Assembly (NCBI RefSeq): GCF_001194135.2
Contig: NC_068986.1
Location: 77,653,242-77,717,241 of the forward strand
DNA: 64,000 nt
Direction of reading: 5' to 3'
Source: Octopus bimaculoides
Lineage: Eukaryota
The translations under genes were made by a program, and so were the position numbers. The notes under the pieces were generated by a model. That model had not been told where the DNA came from. It saw only the letters and a program-made list of their open reading frames with translations, and made no database searches. Below, one piece after another: positions 1-11,850 of the stretch (the stretch's first letter is position 1; each line of letters starts with the position of its first letter).

Positions 1-335
1 AGTCAGAAGAAAACATCCATCTTCTGTTCTCACTGGAGCTACTGAAGAAGATTTTGGACCATATACCTCCCTAACATAAGAATACAAACAACTGGCATCA
101 TTTCTATCAGCTGCTTCTTGTGCCCCTTTTGCCCTATCATTCCACCATTCCTGTTTAATTTTCCTTAGAGCAATTTGCACCCTCCTTTTTAGCTTTCTGT
201 AAGTTTCATTTGAGTTGGGATTCAATGACTGAGAGAGCAGTGTATTGCCTAAGTTTTGTTTTTCTAAAAGTAGATCATGAATTTCTGCTGATCTATCTGA
301 GAACCAATCTCTGGATTTATGAGATTTAAATCCCA

Positions 336-369
336 CTGACGAACTTGCAGCCTGAAATACTTATGTATA
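336..369 (+). ncRNA. Decayed hammerhead-ribozyme-like motif
   Basis: CTGACGA (336-342), GAAA (354-357), stem III ATAC-ttat-GTAT then A. Stem II poorly paired; stem I 3' strand absent (microsatellite and maT end follow). Confidence 0.3.
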
Positions 370-381
370 TACACACATACA

Positions 382-1010
382 CAGGGTGCAGTGAATAAAC
401 TGTCATCTAAATTATGCAAAAATGAAAATATATCATTTTAACATATATTTACCAAAATTACATAAAAAATCTTGAAATACTAAAGAGTAAATTTATTCAA
501 TAAAATCGCCATTGGCTTTAACCACGACCTCCAGATGACTTTGGAATCTCCTGCAAATCTTCTGGATGGTCGCCTTGTTTAAGTTGGTGAATGCTGCCAT
601 AATCCTTGCTTCAGTTCATTTTTGGTGTTACTTACAAGGAGTTTGTTGGTCTCTCATTCAACTGCGCCCTACACATAATAATCAAGGAGTTTGCAGTCTG
701 GAGAGTTAGGTGGCCAGATGTTAGGGGTAATGTGGTTGCAGAAATTGTCTGACAGCCATGACTGGATTCTCCCGCATGTGTGGCATGGTGCAGATTCCTG
801 TTGCCAGATATAGAGTCTTTCAGCAGCCACCCTCTTGACCCAGAGTAGCACTACCTCCTCCAGGCACTTGATGTAGGCCTCTGTGTTCAGTCTGAGACTG
901 TGTGGGAAGATAAATGGAGGCATAATGTTGCCATCACTAGTGATAACTCCAAACACCATGATGTTGACTGGATGTTTGATTTTTATCACTCTTGGTTCAT
1001 GTCTTCAGAG
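382..1010 (-). mobile_element. Tc1/mariner superfamily DNA transposon remnant, DD37D (maT-like) spacing; transposase pseudogene ~1010 to 493 plus 3' terminus
   Basis: ORF 669-989 has VFGVITSDG, QQESAPCH (2nd catalytic D mutated to E) and WPPNSPDCKLLDY with 37 residues between the two acidic positions. It continues after a stop/frameshift to ...VVKANGDFIE* (stop at 493-495). The element end CAGGGTG at 382 follows a TA-rich flank. 5' truncated. Confidence 0.85.
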
Positions 1011-1189
1011 AAGAATTCTTTTGGCTAAGAAGAAAGTGTAGGTTTTTAAATTGTTAATATTTATTTAAACTTCTGTGAGAGTGAAATTACAGATCAAATT
1101 CAGAAATTAGCTGCCATACTTTACAATTTCTCTAAGCATGAAACCCTTTAACCTGTGGTAGCTGGAATATAGGAGATAATTACATCTAC

Positions 1190-1359
1190 ATACATATGTA
1201 TGCATGTATGTATGTATGTAGGTATGTATGTATGTTTGGTTGTATGTATGTATGTATACATGTATGTATGTATGCATGTATGTATGTATGTATGTATGTA
1301 TGTATAGTTGTATGTATGGTTGTATGTATGTATGCATGTATGTATTATATATATATGTA

Positions 1360-1390
<31 letters not shown>
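1190..1390. repeat. Compound (TATG)n/(TA)n microsatellite
   Basis: Direct reading. Confidence 0.95.
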
Positions 1391-1452
1391 CACAGAAAAA
1401 GAAATGACAAGGAAAAATGATGGTCAATGCTGAAGTGAAATACAATATATAT

Positions 1453-1503
<51 letters not shown>

Positions 1504-2309
1504 CATGTTTATACATATATAAAGATTATGTTCATTAAATTTTGCTTCATCATCATCTTGATCTGCTAACAGATGTACAGATGTATGTATGCTTCTGTGT
1601 ATGTATGTCTGTGTATATGTGTGGGAGTGTTTTTGCTCGCATGTATGTGTCTAAAATATATACCTATATCTAGATCTATACATACATACATACATACATA
1701 CAAATGTGTGTGTGTATGTGTGTGTGTATGTGTGTGAGTGTATAAACTAATAAGTATACAGACACACAAGGTATATATAGCTTTACACACATGCATTTCT
1801 CAAGTGACCTACAATATAAATTTAAGAAAAGGCTGGTTATTAGTTATGACAATGGTGTAATGTATTTATCAAATTAAATAGTCAAATGAAACAGAAAAAT
1901 TTACTGACAATGGTTCCATAAACTAAAATATGAAGAAAATATCCTGGATAAAGAAGTTGAATAGTTTTGATCATAGGAATAGTGCAAATCTTCTCTATAG
2001 CAACCAGTTCACTGGAGCGCGTTTCTTGTTATTTCCTTTTTTTCTTTTTGCTGCTTTCTAAATCTGATTATATAGCAGTAAATAGCAAACATAGAGCAGA
2101 TCAACAAATGGTTTGCAGACTTCACTAAAGTGATAGTTTGACAATGGAAACATAAAGCTTTCAAAAAGCTTGCAGTGTCAGCATTTTCACACACACACTC
2201 TCACTGGCAACATAATTTATCTGAGCATACATCTGCTGTGGTTCCTCAGGAAAATATATATAATGTATGTGTGTGTGTGCATGTATATATATATATGTGT
2301 GTGTGTGTA

Positions 2310-2363
<54 letters not shown>

Positions 2364-3071
2364 TTCACACTTTTATAATTAATGCATTATATATGGAAGT
2401 GAGCTGTTAACCATGTTATTTCAGTATTCAAGCAGGTTGAGCCACTGAGATATAAACTATAATTTCCTGTAAAACTTAGCATGTGGAAATAATTTTCATT
2501 TAAATCCATTAGAAACATCATTTCTGCAACTGAAAACAGCAACAGCTACAAACAAACAAACAAACGAATAAATAAACAAAACAAACAAACAAAAATAAAA
2601 TCTCAATACTATATTGGATTTTCATGTTTTGCTTTGTCCCTTGTGGACAAGAAAACTGTTTTTTTTTCTGTTCTTATAATATCCATTCTAATTAACAACT
2701 TAAAATATCTTTATGAAGTTAGTGTATACTCATATTAAATGTTTTTTCAGTTTTCTATTTGAAATATTGTGTTGTTATTTTTTTTAGTAAATGTATTACT
2801 CAGTTATGTTTGAAGCCATCCATTCATCCCAATATATGTATATATATATATATATATATTAATCGAAGTGAACAATATTATATGGCCATTATGGTTGATT
2901 TTACCAACTGGTTCTGCACTGGGGATTCATGGATGTTAAATAACAGCTGCATTATGTAACCCTGCACTCTTCAGAGTTGGCAGTAATAGAAGAAAATATG
3001 GTATACTTTGATCAATATACCTTCTTTGCAAATGAGTGCATATTTTTCTAACTTATGGATTCTTATATGGC

Positions 3072-3129
<58 letters not shown>

Positions 3130-3569
3130 TCTTCCACCCACTCATCATCATCATCATCATTATCATATCATTTCATGCCCATCAACCAGGCTGGCGTGGT
3201 TAAAATGATTTTGTTAAGATCCAACCTCAATCCCACTCTGCTGACTGAAGTAAAGACAGAGAAACATTTATTTAGTAATATAGTCCTAATTACTTCTAAA
3301 ACGACGGGCTTGTCATTGCTGGAACACCCTTTGATCATAGATCCAAGGGTTAAACCACAACTACTGTACTTTATAACAGACTCAACATTTTGATTTAATC
3401 TAGAAAGTTTGTTTGAATACATATGTGTGTATATGTATGTATGTGTGTGTGTATATATATATATATGTATATATATATGCACATATATATGTCTGTATTA
3501 ATATACCATCATCATCGTTTAATGTCCGCTTTCCATGCTAGCATGGGTTATATATGATATATACATATA

Positions 3570-3607
<38 letters not shown>

Positions 3608-3634
3608 ATACATACTGTTGGCATGTAAAGAACA

Positions 3635-3758
3635 CCCTTCGAGCACTGGGCCTCACAGAAGCAAAGTGGCTGAGTTCCTTTCAAACATTTGGGCCTTACG
3701 GAGGTAAAGTGACTGATTCTTTTCGAGTGTTGGACCCCACAAAGGTAATGATCAAGGT
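3635..3758 (+). repeat. Three diverged ~41-bp tandem units derived from the RTE ORF2 C-terminal sequence
   Basis: Units such as cccttcgagcactgggcctcacagaagcaaag resemble gaccttcgaacgttgggccttacagaggcaatg at ~47135-47170 (DLRTLGLTEAM). Confidence 0.6.
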
Positions 3759-4050
3759 AATAAACAATATATNNNNNNNNNNNNNNNNNNNNNNNNNNNN
3801 NNNNNNNNNNNNNNNNNNNNNNNNNNNNNNNNNNNNNNNNNNNNNNNNNNNNNNNNNNNNNNNNNNNNNNNNNNNNNNNNNNNNNNNNNNNNNNNNNNNN
3901 NNNNNNNNNNNNNNNNNNNNNNNNNNNNNNNNNNNNNNNNNNNNNNNNNNNNNNNNNNNNNNNNNNNNNNNNNNNNNNNNNNNNNNNNNNNNNNNNNNNN
4001 NNNNNNNNNNNNNNNNNNNNNNNNNNNNNNNNNNNATATATCTGCCCTAA

Positions 4051-4256
4051 CTCTTCGAAACGCCTGTGTTAGAATGGTGGCAGCTGATGAAGGAGATGTT
4101 CTCTATGTGACCTGTGTGTTTTCTGTACTCATTTATCATTTTGTCTACACTTTGTTTGCAATGTCCTGTACCCAGATATGCATCTATATATACAGGTAGA
4201 TGTAAGTATGTACATACATGTACGTATATATGCATATACTCATTTATTATTTGTAT

Positions 4257-4260
<4 letters not shown>
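4051..4260 (+). repeat. Unclassified interspersed repeat, copy 1 (copy 2 at 48552-48750)
   Basis: Colinear ~200-bp similarity: ctcttcgaaacgcc.gtgtta...gctgatgaaggaga.tgttctctatgtg...tttgcaatgtcctgtacccagatatgca. Confidence 0.85.
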
Positions 4261-4287
<27 letters not shown>

Positions 4288-4504
4288 ATATATAATACAT
4301 ATGCACATATGTGTATATAAGTGTTTATATGTATATATCTGCATATGCATGCTTTTGTGGATCAAACGGAATTCATTGAAAGACATTTTCTACTATTGGA
4401 TATTCTTCCTGTTGTCAACCTCACCTGCTTCCTAACAGAACCCCTAAATGATATATGGTAGCAGTTTCACCCATGCTAACATGGAACACGGATGTTAAAT
4501 GATG

Positions 4505-4539
<35 letters not shown>

Positions 4540-4799
4540 NNNNNNNNNNATATCACTGTTTTGAGTTGTGAAATAGAGGTAAATATGAATATAACAAAGT
4601 CAAGAAAGTAAATGATTTGACATAACCTGAGAAAGTGAAGGCTCATCATCATCATCATCAAAAAATAATTAATTAACTAATTTAATTAATTAATAACTGC
4701 AGAAAAGTGATACTAGATTGAGGGTTTAATTTGTGTCAGTGTTGAAAGAATGCAATGCAGCTGATATGGAAGAAAGCTGCTGCTGCTACTGCTACTGCT

Positions 4800-4974
4800 G
4801 CTGATGATGATAGTGATGATGATTATGATGAAGGTGATGATGATGAAGGTGATTATGATTATTATGACGATGATAGTGATGGTGATGATGATGACAACAA
4901 TGATGATGGTAATGATGATGATTGTGATGACAATAGTGATGAGGATGATGATTGTGACGATGACTACGATGATA

Positions 4975-5030
<56 letters not shown>
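4800..5030. repeat. (GAT)n-type trinucleotide microsatellite
   Basis: Direct reading; it creates the spurious poly-D/poly-H/poly-I/poly-M ORFs in the track. Confidence 0.95.
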
Positions 5031-5477
5031 TATAAAATGATTGTAAGTCTCTGTAAACAGCTTCATGATTAATTTCAGATGTAATTACTTTGTTTAGAAA
5101 TGAGCAAGAATTGGCATAGGTTTGACTTTCTTTATGCCAATGTCTTGTAGAATTAACATCACATTTCAATATGGTTACTCTTGTCAGTAGTTAGAAAGTG
5201 AAGTACCAAAACCAACACTGACCCTTATAAACACTAACAAAATTTTCTGATATTTCCCATGGCTACTAAAGAGCAATTGAGTAATTTGTCTTGTTAGAAT
5301 TTATACACTTTCACATATATGATGGATTTCTTGTCAGATGTTCTCACATGTAAAGGTTCAATAGAGGAAATACTTCTTATTGGTTTTTGTTTTACATGTC
5401 AAAATATAAAGTTGGTATTTGACAAACTTGCTTGAAAGCTACACTAATTATGTAATGATTCAGGGCAATTATAGGTA

Positions 5478-5618
5478 CAGGCATCACTATGTGGTCAAGA
5501 AGTTTGTTTCTCAATCGTCTGGTTTCAGGTTCAGCCCTTTTGTTTGGCACAAGCTGTTTCTCTGAGCTGACCATTGCCTTGTAAGAGAATTTGGTAATGG
5601 AAGCTGTGAAAAAGCCTG

Positions 5619-5620
<2 letters not shown>
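5478..5620 (+). mobile_element. tRNA-headed SINE family A, degenerate 5' part
   Basis: Similar to the head/core of the better copy at 39438-39813 (tgtggt.aagaagtttg...ggttca...gccttgt.ag.ga.ttggta..gga). Confidence 0.6.
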
Positions 5621-5664
<44 letters not shown>

Positions 5665-5917
5665 GTGTGTGTGTGTGTGTGTGTATGTATATATATATAT
5701 ATTTAGGAGAATAAAGTTCACAATTCATCTTTTTCCAGAGGGTATGGAGGTTGGTTCATATTTCCATGATGGTATAGGTCCTTAGGTATAATCCCAGGTA
5801 AATCCAGGCAGTATTTTGAATGATGAAAATATTTTGCCAAATTATATTTAAATGTTGAAGTGAATCTAATGGTTTTTGTGTGTTTTTAAATGGATTATAA
5901 ACACCTTCCATGCTGCA

Positions 5918-5956
<39 letters not shown>

Positions 5957-5960
<4 letters not shown>

Positions 5961-6108
5961 TGGGTGGTTGGTGTTAGGAAGGGCATCCAACTGTAAAAAC
6001 CATGTCAAAACAGATACAAAAGTCCGGTGCAAGCCCCTGCCTAACCAGTTCCTGTCAAAATATCCATCCCATGCTAGAATGGAAGGTGGAAGTTAAATGA
6101 TGATGATG
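5957..6108 (+). mobile_element. RTE LINE 3' terminal module (short 5'-truncated copy)
   Basis: gtggttgg.gttaggaagggcatcca.ctgta...ccatgc.agcatgga...gttaaatgatgatg, the same module that ends the RTE at 46782-47715. Confidence 0.75.
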
Positions 6109-6154
<46 letters not shown>

Positions 6155-6879
6155 ATGCACGTATGTTGGTACAAACACAACATATATAAATGTAAACATC
6201 TTAACAATAAAGCATGGAAAAATAGATGTTAAAGCGATGACGATGATGATGATGATGACGACGACGATGACGATAATGATGAGGATATTAACATAGCCAT
6301 GAGCAGACAGAGGTGGTCTCCCAGCCCCTTCACTCTTGACAAAACAGAATATCTTGTATGTGACAGAGGGAGAGAGGCCTGTACAAGTACTTGTCTGGTA
6401 CACATTACTGTTAAGTTGATTGGAGCAAGGTGAAATGAAGTGACTTGCTCAAGATTATAATGCACTGCCTGATGTAGGAATTGAACCTATGAGTTTATAA
6501 ACCAAACACACTTACCACTAGATGTCATGCTATTTCTAACTATTGATTACAGAACTGAATTTATATCACGTTAAGATAAAGCTATATAGATTTATTACTT
6601 CTATGCCAGCTGAAAATTTTAGATTTGGAGCAGCTGAGACTTCTTACTTCTGTGGTATCCATGCAACTGAACTTAGCTTTATCTCTACCAAGAATTGTGT
6701 GATTACTGCTTGTAAAGCAGACAATGTTTATAATATAGGTATTTCTAAAATATACAGATTTAGAAACAGTAAATCAGTTAAAAGGTCAGACAAGCCAAAT
6801 CACAACTAAATGATTGTAGTAGCTAACTTGTAAACCATTACATTGCCATAAAAAAATAACAAAAAGCATGCATTGTTGT

Positions 6880-7385
6880 TGTTGTTTAGCCACAGGTTGA
6901 CTCTTAATGTGCTGTACCATGAAGAAAATCATTCTAGCCATTACCATCTTGTCTTTTTTCACTGGTTCATATAGATATATAGTATTATGTTAACCAATGT
7001 GTCCTTTCTCGAAGATAGTAGAATGTGATTTTGAGGGAGGTTTAGTTGCTGTTTGTAGCAAGTCAAATGACCATATAAATGCTCCGTCTTTATCTCAATG
7101 AGATTTGAGGAAGGTTCAACTGGTATTTTCTGCAAATTAAGGAACCACGTAAATGTCTTCACTGTCTTGATGTGATTTGAGAAATATTTGGCTGATAGTT
7201 CTAGCATGCAAAGTATGCATGTAGAAGGTGTCATATTGTCATGTAAGTTGAAAGAGATTTGGCTGCTATTTCCAGCAGAATGAGTAATTGTATAACAGCT
7301 TCCTCAGTAAGTTTGAGTAATTTGAGGGAGATTTGGCAGCTATTTTTAACAGGTTAAGCAACTACATAGAGATTCTCTTATTGGC
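6880..7385 (+). repeat. Unclassified interspersed repeat with its distal module (gagggagatttggctgctatttctagcagg-like) present about four times
   Basis: Module recurs at ~7030, 7175, 7250 and 7320. Related copies at ~9030-9240 (+), 11460-11660 (-) and 22070-22270 (-). Confidence 0.6.
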
Positions 7386-8503
7386 TCATCTATTATCCAC
7401 AGATATGTAAACATGAAAAAAAAACAAACAAACAAACAAACAAACAAAAACAAAAAATAAATAGATGCTATTAACTGCTAGTATCTTCACATGTTTATTG
7501 AGGTGTGCTTATTCTAAGTCACAAAATGGTCGGTTAGCATGTACTAACTGGAAGAATTTTCTAGTATGTTTGAAATAAAAGAAAGATTATTATGGACCAT
7601 TTTGCAAACTTTACTGTCTTGCAATTGTGTAATATAATACTTACATCTGATTTAATATATTTATTGTTACTATGAATAATCAGGAAATTTAATAAAAGAA
7701 GACTTGTCATTCATTTAGTTAAATAGTTGTTGAAAAATACTGAAGCTAAAATTTTAAATGAGAATATACATAGACCAAATGTAATAATGTTTTACAAGGG
7801 TTATATTGATATACAATTGCACATATTTTATTTTTTCCTCTCTCTATGCATATTTCTCTAATCCAAATTCAAACTGACATTTTTAGTTCATCCAAGCATT
7901 TAAGCTGAAACAATAAATCAAATAATATTAAAGCTTATTTGGAAAAGTCTTCAATGTGATTCTTTTCGAGTTTTGAGAATTATATTTTGAGAAATATTTT
8001 TAGTGCCTAATATTTTTCAGTTTATGTTTTCCAAAGTCTGTCTTATTTTAATGCTTAGAACAGTTAATCTCTCCCTCTCTCTCTCTCTGTATCTGTCTCA
8101 CTCACTTTCTTTCTAGCATACACATCAGCACACTCAGAGAAATATGTATTTATTCATACAATAAATGTATGCATGTGCATAAAGAAACTTCTATTCTATG
8201 GCTTATTTTCAAAATATATAATTTTCCGTAAGAAAAGAAAAGAAATAAATAAAACTAGAAGTAAAATGTTTTATTAATTTATTCAATGTTAAAGGTATTA
8301 ATATTTTTTGACATCTAAATGTAGATTTTATTTCTAATAAATATTTCCTTTATAAAAATGTATCAAATAAATATTTTCTATCCGTCTATTTTGTGATTAA
8401 GTATTATTGATGGCAACTTTATTATCTTCGTGCTAGACTAAAATATCAGTCTTTTATATATAGCAAACACACAATAGCATTTTTAACAATATCACTGGTC
8501 ACC

Positions 8504-8567
<64 letters not shown>

Positions 8568-8573
8568 CTATAT

Positions 8574-8670
8574 GGAGTGGCTGTGTGGTAAGTAGCTTGC
8601 TTACCAACCACATGGTTCTGGGTTCAGTGTCTTCTACTATAGCCTCGGGCCGACCAAAGCCTTGTGAGTG
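8574..8670 (+). mobile_element. SINE family A head and core, abutting an opposite-strand RTE 3' module (8671-8905)
   Basis: ggagtggctgtgtggtaagtagcttgcttaccaaccacatggttctgggttcagt...tgtcttctactatagcctcgggccgaccaaagccttgtgagtg. Confidence 0.85.
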
Positions 8671-9541
8671 AGGTCTGGAGAGCCAACGGCTGTACCAGGC
8701 TCCAATCTGTTCTGGCAGAGTTTCTACTGCTGGATGCTCTTCCTAATGCCAACCACTCCAAGAGTGTAGTGGGTGTTTTTTATGTGCCACCAGCACAGGA
8801 GCCAGTAAGGTAGGCCTGGCAATGCTCACGTTCGGACGGTGCTTTTTGTGTGCCAATGGTACCAGACCCAGTAAGATGAGCCTAGCAACAAACACGTTTG
8901 GATGGTATATTATATATATCAAGGTGCGTGTAAAATCATTTTGGTGTTATTGACCTTAAATCTTGAAATAACAGTTTTCTTATTCTGAAGTTTGTCTTCT
9001 TGTTAATGCAGGATAACCAATAAACTGGTTGTTGTTGATATTTAGCAGGTTTATGATTAAAAGTATTCCAACCACGATTATTGGCCAATTTTTCTCAGAC
9101 ACAATGTACCTAGCACTATATAATCCAGTTAGTCCCAATTAAAATAAACAAAAAGGAACCCTGACCCCAAACATACAACATGATTAAGCTGCTATTTCTT
9201 GCAGGGCATGCAACAACATGTAGACTCTATTGCTCACTCAACCATTAACTAGTTTTAGCCACTTAAAAACTAGTTAATGTGTTAGATACCTAGGGTATAC
9301 AACTAAATAAAACACAGACATAACATCAGCTTTAGAAGTTTAAATTATCACTATTAAAAAATATATTCATAGCTGCAGGTAAGGCTGTGTGGTTAAGAAG
9401 CTTACTTAACACATCAGAACCATATGATCTAGAGTGCAGTCCTACTGTATAGCTCCTTGGGCAAGTGTCTTCTATTATAGCCGTAGACTGCCGAAAGCCC
9501 TATGAATAGATATGGTTGACAGACACTGAAAGAAGCTTGTG

Positions 9542-9584
<43 letters not shown>

Positions 9585-9679
9585 CCCCCAACTATGCAAA
9601 CCTGTTTGTTGGCTATGTCGAGGCCCAAATATTCTCAAGTTTCACTGGTCCCATTCCTGAACTATATATATATACATGC

Positions 9680-9968
9680 CAACGTGGCCAATGCTAGTAA
9701 CCACTGACTGGCCCCCTTGCCAGTGGCACGTAAAAAGCACTATCCAAATGTGATCGATACCAGGCCCACTTGACTGGCTCCTGTGCCGGTGGCACATAAA
9801 AAGCACCCATTACACTCTTGGAGTGGTTGGCATTAGGAAGGGCATCCAGCTGTTGAAACATTACCAGATCGGATTGGGGCCTGGTGCAGCCACTGGCTCT
9901 CCAGACCTCAGTCAAACCGTCCAACCCATGCCAGCATGGAAAACGGACGTTAAACGATCATGATGATG
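9680..9968 (+). mobile_element. RTE LINE 3' UTR fragment with tandem subrepeats
   Basis: Repeated gtggcacgtaaaaagcac units followed by the terminal module and (GAT)n tail. Confidence 0.8.
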
Positions 9969-10598
9969 ATACATATACACATGTACACACACACACACAC
10001 ACACATATGCATGCGCATACACACACATATAATGTAGTGCATCTGAAGATAAAGAAAGAATACACTAATTGGAAGGAAGAGTATCAAACGATACAACAGA
10101 TGAAACCAGCAGACTGATTTGTCTTTAGCTATCTAGCAATTCTTTATCTTAGAAACTAGGGAAACGTGATTAAATATAGTATTATACACTAGCAAAGAAG
10201 GCTGCACCTTTAAAGTAGTCTTGCTTTTGTATGTAAACATGTTTACATTATTCTCTCAGAATGTAGCTACTGGTTTATATCAGCTGTGTATGCTGTTTAT
10301 ACCTGATGAAAGTTGTATTTCAAATGTATTACAATGGAAGGAGATCAAAATGACTACTAAGTGATAATAAACAGATCAAACGTTGAATAAATTGATATTA
10401 ACTGAGAGAGAGAGAGAAAGAATAGTATTTCCAGTGTCTCTCTCTCTCTCCCTCTCTCTCCCTCGCTCTCTCTCTCCCTCTCTCTCTCCCTCTCTCTCTC
10501 NNNNNNNNNNTCTCCCTCTCTCTCCCTCGCTCTCTCTCTCCCTCTCTCTCTCCCTCTCTCTCTCCCCCCCTCTCTCTATATATATTTATATATATAGG

Positions 10599-10672
10599 AG
10601 TCAAGCTGATCTTAACTGATGAGACAATAAAAATTGCCGAAACTGGCACGTCAGTATTAAGAATTCTTGATT
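10599..10672 (+). ncRNA. Type I hammerhead ribozyme with intact catalytic core
   Basis: Stem I TCTTAA(10610-15)/TTAAGA(10657-62). Core CTGATGA (10616-22). Stem II GACAAT-aaaa-ATTGCC (G10.1-C11.1, one A.C mismatch). GAAA (10639-42). Stem III ACTG-gcacgt-CAGT. Cleavage triplet GTA (after 10656). Distal stem I TCAAG(10601-05)/CTTGA(10666-70) beyond a CTGA/ATT internal loop. Confidence 0.85.
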
Positions 10673-11099
10673 GGTACTTTTTGGACGATTATGGTCCCTG
10701 TTAGTTATAGGTTTTCATTCATGTGCATTAACTACAGCATTAGAGCAGTTTAGCTCTTATTTCTAGCAATGTAGGTATTTCCTAACACCCTAGTTGCACT
10801 TAGTGGCATTTGTAATTCTCCTTTTTGGTGAAACATTGCAAACTGCTGTTTATATTAATTTTATATATATATACACTAATTGAAAGCACGATCCTATGAT
10901 CGTGAGTCCGCTGCCCTAACCACTGGGCCATTGTGCCTCATATATATATATATCTGGGGATGAAACAAGTTCAATTTTGCTCTCATATGAGAAAACAGCA
11001 CTACATTTAGATGGGTAATGAAGAGATGGCTGTTGCAAAGTTGAGTTGCATGGAAGGCTTGACTGGCACAAATTGAGTGTGGTGGTATAGAAATTAGCT

Positions 11100-11350
11100 A
11101 TATACTTTTAGGGCCTCATTTTTGCTGAATTGGATGGGTTTCCTTGAGCATGGCAAATCCCTAATCACCTTGGTCCTTTGCTATCTCCTCAATGAGGCTG
11201 GTCTTCCTAGTGATCAGCACTTCTTTATGTAATTGTCATATACCAGCACAGTTTTGTCATATGTAATTGTCATATACCAGCACAGTTTTCTGTCATGCAC
11301 ACTACATCTGATGCTACCTCTTATGCACTACTATAAACTCCTATTCAAGA
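11100..11350 (-). mobile_element. Old RTE LINE 3' remnant with a 34-bp tandem duplication (11227-11296)
   Basis: Minus strand reads ...RGSIRCSVHDRKLCWY..., like RSIRCGVQERRLRWYGH at ~46970-47020. Duplicated unit atgtaattgtcatataccagcacagtttt. Confidence 0.5.
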
Positions 11351-11654
11351 AGTGTGGGAACTCATAGTGTTACCTTTAATGAACTACAGGCTATAAATAT
11401 TTATGTGAGAGGTATAAAGGAAAGAAACTCATGAAATGAGAGCCCAAATATGATGAAGGAACCTGCATGATTGAGTTGTTGGAAATAGCAGCCAAATCCA
11501 CTTCCTTCCAAATTCTATCCTATTGTCTTAAAAGAAAGGAAAAACACACTGAAGAATGTAGTCCTAGGTATGCTATATTTAGGGAAAGGACAAGATGATT
11601 GCAGCTAGAATACCTTTGATAAGATTACAAAATTAGGGCTGAGCTGGAACTAAA

Positions 11655-11720
11655 CAGCATCATCATCATCATCTCCTCCTCCTCATCATCATCATCGTCA
11701 TCGTCATCGTCATCATCCTC

Positions 11721-11751
<31 letters not shown>

Positions 11752-11850
11752 GCAGCAGCAGCAACAACAACAACAACAACAGCAACAACAACAATAACAA
11801 CAACAACAAAAATAACAACAGCAACAACAACATAACAGAAACAACAACAG
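11655..11850. repeat. Compound (CAT)n/(CAA)n/(CAG)n microsatellite
   Basis: Direct reading. Confidence 0.95.

Noticed and set aside
1107-1460. YI/HT/CV/MY-rich ORFs here and throughout (e.g. 28642-29458, 31396-31742, 33756-35055)
   Set aside because: Translations of (TA)n, (CA)n and (TATG)n microsatellites.
4713-5169. Poly-Asp, poly-His, poly-Ile and poly-Met ORFs
   Set aside because: All are frames of one (GAT)n microsatellite; no splice signals or unique coding flank.
10303-10340. CTGATGA ~310 nt upstream of the intact hammerhead, a possible second ribozyme bounding a retrozyme monomer
   Set aside because: No GAAA and no stem I, II or III pairing could be built.
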